Source: Eledone cirrhosa (lineage: Eukaryota). Taken from it: DNA of 64,000 nucleotides. Under the pieces are notes generated by a model that worked only from the letters and a program-made list of their open reading frames with translations, did not search any database and was not told where the DNA came from. This document shows, in pieces, positions 61,201 through 64,000 of this stretch (position 1 is the first letter of the stretch; each line of letters opens with the position of its first letter). Position numbers and translations under genes: made by a program. The stretch spans positions 1,302,001 through 1,366,000 of the forward strand of contig OZ024755.1 in NCBI GenBank assembly GCA_964016885.1, given 5' to 3'.

Positions 61201-63864
61201 CTGGAGAAACGTGAAATGAAGTGTTTTGCTCAAGAACACAACACACAACACACAACCGAGTCCAGGAATCAAACCCACGATATTATAATAAGTGAAACAC
61301 CCTTACCACTAGGCCATGTGCCGTCACATATTTACCTACAATAATAATGTCTAATTGTTTTGCAGATCAGTTTATGAAATCACAATAGAAAGTTGCCCGA
61401 TAGAGGAAGAATGTGAAACGTTATCTCAAGCTGTTCATGTGATAAGTCCTGGAGAACCTGATCCACCTTTATTAATATTGGAATCTGCCAGTTCCTCAGT
61501 AATCTGTCTCTATTGGCAACAGCCTAGAACATTTGCTTCTGTTACAATTAAAGCTTACCAAGTAAGAACAACAAAAATGGTTTCTAAATATGCACTTGTT
61601 CTTCTGTTCTACATTATATACCATTAAAATAAGTTATATACCATTAAAATAAGTTATATACCATTAAAATAAGTTATACACCATTAAAACAAGTTATATA
61701 CCATTAAAATAAGTTATAAACCGTTAAAATAAGTTATAAACCATTAAAATAAGTTATATACCATTAAAATAAGTTATATACCATTAAAATAAGTTATATA
61801 CCATTAAAATAAGTTATAAACTATTAAAATAAGTTATATACCATTAAAACAAGTTATACACCATTAAAATAAGTTATATACCATTAAAATAAGTTATAAA
61901 CTATTAAAATAAGTTATATACCATTAAAACAAGTTATATACCATTAAAACAAGTTATATACCATTAAAATAAGTTATATACCATTAAAATAAGTTATATA
62001 CCATTAAAATAAGTTATAAACTATTAAAATAAGTTATAAACTATTAAAATAAGTTATAAACCAGTTACTAGGAGTGTAAAAAAGTCTAAAGTCTGTCTTG
62101 AATCCAGAGGTTCATCAATCCGGTGCTTATCCTAGTTTCTATGACAGGAAGTGAGTGAGAATACATGACTCCCACCTGGATAAGATGCTAGTCCATCACA
62201 AGATTAAACTCCAGCTATTGCTGCTGGTACTCATTTCTAATAAAGTTATATACAAAAACATTGTTTACATTATTATTATTATTGCCATTGGCGATGGATT
62301 GGCTGAATCAGTAGAGGGTCGGACGCCATGTTTTCCAGCAGAGTTACGTCCCTTTACGATCTGAGTTCAAATCCCGCCGAGGTTGACTTTGCCTTTCATC
62401 CTTACGGGGTCGATAAAATAAAGTACCAGTAATGTACTGGGTAATTGCTGGCCTTGTGCCTAAAGTAGAAACAATTATTATTATTGCCATTGTTATTATT
62501 GTTGTTGTTGTTATTATTATTATTTTCCAGCTCTATGTTAACGACACTCCAACGGCGGAGCTGGGGTCAGACATTTCTACTTACAACTTCTCCTGTTTAG
62601 CAGAAAAGTAAGTAAACTACATTCACATTGATAAACTGGGAAATGTTGTGGGTGGGTGGGGGAGTGTATAGGGGGAGGGGACCTCTGTTGTGGGTGGTTG
62701 GGGGAGTGTATAGGGGGAGGGGACCTCTGTTGTGGGTGGGTGGGGGAGTGTATAGGGGGAGGGGACCTCTGTTGTGGGTGGTTGGGGGAGTGTATAGGGG
62801 GAGGGGACCTCTGTTGTGGGTGGGTGGGGGAGTGTATAGGGGGAGGGGACCTCTGTTGTGGGTGGTTGGGGGAGTGTATAGGGGGAGGGGACCTCTGTTG
62901 TGGGTGGGTGGGGAAGTATGTAGGGGGAGGGGACCTCTGTTGTGGGTGGTTGAGGGAGTGTATAGGGGGAGGGGACCTCTGTTGTGGGTGGGTGGGGGAG
63001 TGTATAGGGGGAGGGGACCTCTGTTGTGGGTGGGTGGGGGAGTGTATAGGGGGAGGGGACCTCTGTTGTGGGTGGGTGGGGAAGTATGTAGGGGGAGGGG
63101 ACCTCTGTTGTGGGTGGTTGGGGGAGTGTATAGGGGGAGGGGACCTCAGAGAGAAACCTGACAAATGTTGAGGGTGGGTGGGGGAGTATGTAGGGGGGGG
63201 GGGCTCTGTTGTGGGTGGTTGGGGGAGTGTATAGGGGGAGGGGACCTCAGAGAGAAACCTGACAAATGTTGAGGGTGGGTGGGGGAGTATGTAGGGGGGG
63301 GGCTCTGTTGTGGGTGGTTGGGGGAGTGTATAGGGGGAGGGGACCTCAGAGAGAAACCTGACAAATGTTGAGGGTGGGTGGGGAAGTATGTAGGGGGAGG
63401 GACTTCTGTTGTGGGTGGGTGGGGAAGTATGTAGGGGGAGGGACCTCTGTTGTGGGTGGGTGGGGAAGTATGTAGGGGGAGGGACCTCAGAGAGAAACCT
63501 GAGAAATGTGGTGAGTGGCTGTTGTTCAATTTATTACAAATATGGTCGCAAAAGAGTTAATTTATTCTTGTTTTTCTTTCTCTTTAGAGTTTACAAATTT
63601 AATTTAGTGGCTTTATCCAACAATTGCCAATATGGAGATTCTGCTAAATCAAATACATTGGTTGTCACGACAACAGCATCTGCAAATGAACAACAGAACG
63701 GTAATCATCGGTTGATGTTTCCTGGAGATTGTCAAAATATTGCCAACTATTTGAAAACATCAAAGGTAACCGACACAAAGATCTACTTAGAATGGAACTC
63801 CTATGTTGCACCTGAAGGGCTGGAGTCCTACAAGATTCAGTGGAGCAGTGTTGCTCAGCCAGAG
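22372..63864 (+). CDS. Uncharacterised giant protein: 7 cupredoxin-like repeats, Fn3-associated domain, about 13 FN3-like repeats and an S/T/K/D repeat linker; 3' end lies outside the window
   Basis: 48 exons joined by hand, all GT-AG, with matching phases and no internal stop (7896 nt, 2632 codons from ATG 22372). The start is uncertain because the first exon has an acceptor at 22360 and is open upstream of the ATG. Confidence 0.88.
22624..22817 (-). repeat. Second copy of the hairpin element
   Basis: Hairpin at 22626-22737 plus the shared GGACCATAAC-CACCAGAGTACTC segment. Confidence 0.8.
22838..23925 (+). mobile_element. 5'-truncated RTE-clade LINE with (GAT)n tail
   Basis: [20 protein letters not shown]...[12 protein letters not shown]...GRPRKTW C-terminus; 3' UTR ending AACCCATGCAAGCGTGGAACATGGACGTTAAAC(GAT)n; (TA)n on both sides. 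Confidence 0.9.
24350..24397 (+). CDS. Giant gene exon 2
   Basis: [16 protein letters not shown]; phase 0/0. Confidence 0.8.
25631..25746 (+). CDS. Giant gene exon 3
   Basis: [38 protein letters not shown]; phase 0/2. Confidence 0.85.
26190..26402 (+). CDS. Giant gene exon 4
   Basis: [56 protein letters not shown]...; phase 2/2. Confidence 0.88.
26761..26860. mobile_element. 100-bp Tc1/mariner-type MITE
   Basis: TA-flanked imperfect TIRs CACGGTGTCCCAAAAAATGTATACAC / GTGTATATACTTTTGGGGGACACCCTG. Confidence 0.75.
26958..27002 (+). CDS. Giant gene exon 5
   Basis: [14 protein letters not shown]; phase 2/2. Confidence 0.8.
27595..27832. repeat. Fold-back (palindromic) element
   Basis: TGTTTATTGAAAACT...CCCTGGGTGGGAAAAAAGTTGACAT / ATGTCAACTTTTTCCCATCCAGGG...AGTTTTCAATAAATACA. 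Confidence 0.75.
27932..28018 (+). CDS. Giant gene exon 6
   Basis: [28 protein letters not shown]; phase 2/2. Confidence 0.85.
28083..28309 (-). mobile_element. piggyBac-like MITE family A
   Basis: TIR CCCTTTAGCATTTA / TAAATGCTAAAGGG with TTAA TSD. Confidence 0.85.
28797..28893 (+). CDS. Giant gene exon 7
   Basis: [32 protein letters not shown]; phase 2/0. Confidence 0.88.
29353..29424 (+). CDS. Giant gene exon 8
   Basis: [24 protein letters not shown]; phase 0/0. Confidence 0.82.
29885..29919 (+). CDS. Giant gene exon 9
   Basis: [11 protein letters not shown]; 35 nt, phase 0/2. Confidence 0.78.
29948..30608. repeat. 40-bp minisatellite filling most of intron 9
   Basis: ATATGTACATCTGGAAGGGTTTCATTAACCTACTTACCCC x about 16. 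Confidence 0.95.
30639..30799 (+). CDS. Giant gene exon 10
   Basis: [53 protein letters not shown]; phase 2/1. Confidence 0.88.
31065..31205 (+). CDS. Giant gene exon 11
   Basis: [46 protein letters not shown]; phase 1/1. Confidence 0.87.
31511..31668 (+). CDS. Giant gene exon 12
   Basis: [52 protein letters not shown]; phase 1/0. Confidence 0.85.
31994..32110 (+). CDS. Giant gene exon 13
   Basis: [39 protein letters not shown]; phase 0/0. Confidence 0.88.
32628..32740 (+). CDS. Giant gene exon 14
   Basis: [37 protein letters not shown]; phase 0/2. Confidence 0.88.
32914..32962 (+). CDS. Giant gene exon 15
   Basis: [16 protein letters not shown]; phase 2/0. Confidence 0.83.
33655..33827 (+). 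CDS. Giant gene exon 16
   Basis: [39 protein letters not shown]...; phase 0/2. Confidence 0.86.
34348..34420 (+). CDS. Giant gene exon 17
   Basis: [24 protein letters not shown]; phase 2/0. Confidence 0.84.
34766..34882 (+). CDS. Giant gene exon 18
   Basis: [39 protein letters not shown]; phase 0/0. Confidence 0.87.
35607..35675 (+). CDS. Giant gene exon 19
   Basis: [23 protein letters not shown]; phase 0/0. Confidence 0.87.
36046..36202 (+). CDS. Giant gene exon 20
   Basis: [52 protein letters not shown]; phase 0/1. Confidence 0.87.
36718..36887 (+). CDS. Giant gene exon 21 (Fn3-associated/CHB_HEX_C-like domain, first half)
   Basis: ...[37 protein letters not shown]; phase 1/0. Confidence 0.87.
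37352..37458 (+). CDS. Giant gene exon 22
   Basis: [35 protein letters not shown]; phase 0/2. Confidence 0.86.
37475..37730. repeat. (CTA)/(CTATTG) microsatellite
   Basis: Produces the spurious poly-Leu ORF. Confidence 0.95.
38124..38549 (-). mobile_element. 5'-truncated Dong/R4-clade non-LTR retrotransposon
   Basis: Restriction-like endonuclease C-terminus LLIDMSVP...EKLSKYKDL...IPVVVGALG...GTAHILRK; (TAA)n on both sides. Confidence 0.85.
38589..38682 (+). CDS. Giant gene exon 23
   Basis: [31 protein letters not shown]; phase 2/0; acceptor preceded by (ATT)12. Confidence 0.8.
38945..39190 (+). mobile_element. tRNA-headed SINE family 2 with CORE-like segment (representative copy)
   Basis: A-box GGCTTAGTGG, B-box GTTCAATTC, then CCTTGAGCAAGATACTTTATTTCAC; copies at about 21490-21610(-), 21960-22130(-), 42815-42925, 44738-44850 and 61130-61320(-). 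Confidence 0.8.
39270..39395 (+). CDS. Giant gene exon 24 (FN3-like)
   Basis: [42 protein letters not shown]; phase 0/0. Confidence 0.86.
39391..39575. repeat. 37-bp tandem repeat containing the exon 24 donor
   Basis: TAAAGTAAGTATTATA(G/C)AGGACAGGTAAATAACAAGT x5. Confidence 0.92.
39642..39870 (-). mobile_element. piggyBac-like MITE family A
   Basis: Same TIRs and TTAA flanks. Confidence 0.85.
39925..40345. repeat. 57-bp minisatellite
   Basis: GTAAGTCACACTAGTAGATAAGTCACTTCTATTATATGTAGGTGTATATATTAGTAT x about 7. Confidence 0.93.
41090..41125 (+). ncRNA. Minimal type I hammerhead ribozyme motif in intron 24
   Basis: TCTT-CTGATGA-A-GGAC-TAGC-GTCC-GAAACGTT-AAGA: core, stem II, palindromic AACGTT stem III typical of dimeric PLE hammerheads, 4-bp stem I. 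Confidence 0.7.
41315..41467 (+). CDS. Giant gene exon 25
   Basis: [51 protein letters not shown]; FN3 L-x-x-G-x-x-Y motif. Confidence 0.88.
41782..41940 (+). CDS. Giant gene exon 26
   Basis: [53 protein letters not shown]. Confidence 0.87.
42169..42265 (+). CDS. Giant gene exon 27
   Basis: [32 protein letters not shown]; phase 0/1. Confidence 0.84.
43178..43198 (+). CDS. Candidate 21-nt cassette microexon of the giant gene
   Basis: TTTCCAG|TAAGACAGTGTGGAGATTTAG|GTAAGT; phase 1/1, stop-free in frame (IRQCGDL). Confidence 0.4.
43303..43915 (+). mobile_element. Second TTAA-flanked MITE-like family with internal 23-bp array
   Basis: Begins TTAACTCTTGTGTAACC and ends TATCAAAAGGGTTAA; related left ends at about 36950 and 44225; (CCTTGGTATATACACTAACTAGT)n at 43430-43635. 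Confidence 0.55.
45005..45308. repeat. (CAT)/(CAC)/(CTA) microsatellite
   Basis: Degenerate trinucleotide tract. Confidence 0.9.
45341..45511 (+). CDS. Giant gene exon 28
   Basis: [56 protein letters not shown]; phase 1/1. Confidence 0.83.
46212..46815. repeat. (TG)n-ACAGCTCACACCTA tandem array
   Basis: Constant 14-mer separated by variable (TG)n; contiguous with a SINE tail. Confidence 0.93.
46989..47224 (+). CDS. Giant gene exon 29 (acidic Ser/Thr-rich linker)
   Basis: [28 protein letters not shown]...ELETITYVK; phase 1/0. Confidence 0.8.
47390..48468 (+). CDS. Giant gene exon 30 (coding 18-bp minisatellite linker and start of an FN3)
   Basis: Stop-free; hexapeptide repeats [24 protein letters not shown] and TVKIS, then [19 protein letters not shown]; phase 0/2. 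The 5' boundary is less certain. Confidence 0.75.
48971..49341 (-). mobile_element. piggyBac-like MITE family A with internal 10-bp array
   Basis: Same TIRs and TTAA; internal (GCCAGTTATA)n at about 49120-49280. Confidence 0.85.
49423..49539 (+). CDS. Giant gene exon 31
   Basis: [38 protein letters not shown]; phase 2/2. Confidence 0.88.
49962..50091 (+). CDS. Giant gene exon 32
   Basis: [43 protein letters not shown]; phase 2/0. Confidence 0.83.
50500..50635 (+). CDS. Giant gene exon 33
   Basis: [45 protein letters not shown]; phase 0/1. Confidence 0.85.
50695..51090 (+). mobile_element. Decayed RTE-clade LINE fragment
   Basis: Colinear with 20540-20950. Confidence 0.75.
51130..51323. 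mobile_element. mariner-like MITE (partial copy at about 40697-40780)
   Basis: GGTTGGCTGAAAAATTCATAGGC ... GCCTATGAACTTCTCAGCCGAC inverted ends. Confidence 0.6.
51363..51561 (+). CDS. Giant gene exon 34
   Basis: [13 protein letters not shown]...[38 protein letters not shown]; phase 1/2. Confidence 0.87.
51838..51958 (+). CDS. Giant gene exon 35
   Basis: [40 protein letters not shown]; phase 2/0. Confidence 0.87.
52573..52767 (+). CDS. Giant gene exon 36
   Basis: [13 protein letters not shown]...[29 protein letters not shown]; phase 0/0. Confidence 0.87.
52871..53140. repeat. 46-bp tandem repeat containing the exon 37 acceptor
   Basis: CTCTGTTCTCTGTTTTCTAAAG|GGTTACCAGATGTTTTAAAACCAT x6 (one 39-bp copy). 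Confidence 0.95.
53116..53302 (+). CDS. Giant gene exon 37
   Basis: [45 protein letters not shown]...; phase 0/1. Confidence 0.86.
53336..55117. repeat. 51-bp minisatellite, about 35 copies, SINE-derived
   Basis: CTTCAGTACTGAATTGGCCTATGTAGACCTGTCCAACCCATGCTAGTACCC. Confidence 0.96.
55228..55368 (+). CDS. Giant gene exon 38
   Basis: [46 protein letters not shown]; phase 1/1. Confidence 0.87.
55550..56225. repeat. 33-bp minisatellite
   Basis: CTATATTCCCAACATTATCTGTTCAGTCCAACA/T. Confidence 0.94.
56272..56373 (+). CDS. Giant gene exon 39
   Basis: [33 protein letters not shown]; phase 1/1. Confidence 0.84.
56701..56796 (+). CDS. Giant gene exon 40
   Basis: [31 protein letters not shown]; phase 1/1. 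Confidence 0.86.
57354..57521 (+). CDS. Giant gene exon 41
   Basis: ...[38 protein letters not shown]; canonical FN3 start. Confidence 0.9.
58321..58976 (+). CDS. Giant gene exon 42
   Basis: LYIELTS...[18 protein letters not shown]...[20 protein letters not shown]...[14 protein letters not shown]...IPTPK; phase 1/0. Confidence 0.9.
59203..59478 (+). CDS. Giant gene exon 43
   Basis: [18 protein letters not shown]...GYQLIIND...[16 protein letters not shown]...RKWK; phase 0/0. Confidence 0.89.
59568..59949. mobile_element. pogo/Tc2-like MITE with a nested SINE (about 59682-59870)
   Basis: TA-CCATATTTTACGGC ... GCCGGGAAATACGG-TA termini. Confidence 0.6.
60037..60151 (+). CDS. Giant gene exon 44
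   Basis: [38 protein letters not shown]; phase 0/1. Confidence 0.75.
60453..60657 (+). CDS. Giant gene exon 45
   Basis: [42 protein letters not shown]...CCIPVNKL; phase 1/2. Confidence 0.85.
60774..60989 (+). mobile_element. piggyBac-like MITE family A
   Basis: Same TIRs and TTAA flanks. Confidence 0.85.
61366..61561 (+). CDS. Giant gene exon 46
   Basis: SVYEITIES...[38 protein letters not shown]; phase 2/0. Confidence 0.89.
61615..62062. repeat. 20-bp AT-rich minisatellite
   Basis: CCATTAAAATAAGTTATATA x about 22. Confidence 0.95.
62531..62607 (+). CDS. Giant gene exon 47
   Basis: [25 protein letters not shown]; phase 0/2. Confidence 0.86.
62644..63505. repeat. G-rich minisatellite of about 42 bp
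   Basis: TGTTGTGGGTGGGTGGGGGAGTGTATAGGGGGAGGGGACCTC units. Confidence 0.94.
63588..63864 (+). CDS. Giant gene exon 48 (last in window; gene continues)
   Basis: [26 protein letters not shown]...[38 protein letters not shown]; ends at a donor with no stop. Confidence 0.87.
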
Positions 63865-64000
63865 GTAAAATATGGACTCCCTTCCTTCTTACTGGTCTCA
63901 TCCATGGTAACTTAGTCATCATCATCATTATAATCCTAACCAACATCATTACCACTATTACTGCTACATGATACTAAAGTGTGTGTGTGTGTGCATCTGT

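Noticed and set aside
62577-63529. Pro-rich extensin-like and Gly-rich ORFs
   Set aside because: Translations of the G-rich intronic minisatellite.
39270-63864. Assignment to a known FN3 gene (receptor PTP, usherin, titin/twitchin, Dscam)
   Set aside because: No Ig, laminin, kinase, phosphatase, signal or TM segments appear in the window, and the N-terminal architecture matches none of these, so no symbol is given.

Overview
AT-rich, microsatellite- and SINE-dense animal DNA; the repeat families resemble those of octopod cephalopods (inference). There are two spliced genes in divergent orientation. (1) Minus strand, 103-4808: a complete 6-exon SSR4 (TRAP-delta) gene of 178 aa. (2) Plus strand, 22372 to beyond 63864: an uncharacterised giant gene that I assembled by hand into 48 phase-consistent GT-AG exons (about 2,630 aa in the window, no stop codon reached). 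It encodes 7 tandem plastocyanin/cupredoxin-like repeats that lack the Cys/His/Met copper loop, one YTLDGT-type Fn3-associated (CHB_HEX_C-like) domain, about 13 FN3-like repeats and a Ser/Thr/Lys/Asp hexapeptide-repeat linker. No signal peptide is visible, and an RFX X-box lies upstream. Other features: two minimal hammerhead ribozyme motifs, a decayed Helitron Rep fragment split by a 2.1-kb 44-bp minisatellite, piggyBac-like and Tc1/mariner-like MITEs, RTE, CR1 and Dong/R4 LINE fragments, and about 20 minisatellites. Several minisatellites duplicate splice sites of the large gene, including five decoy acceptors that each lead straight to a stop codon. Most long ORFs in the supplied track are repeat artefacts.
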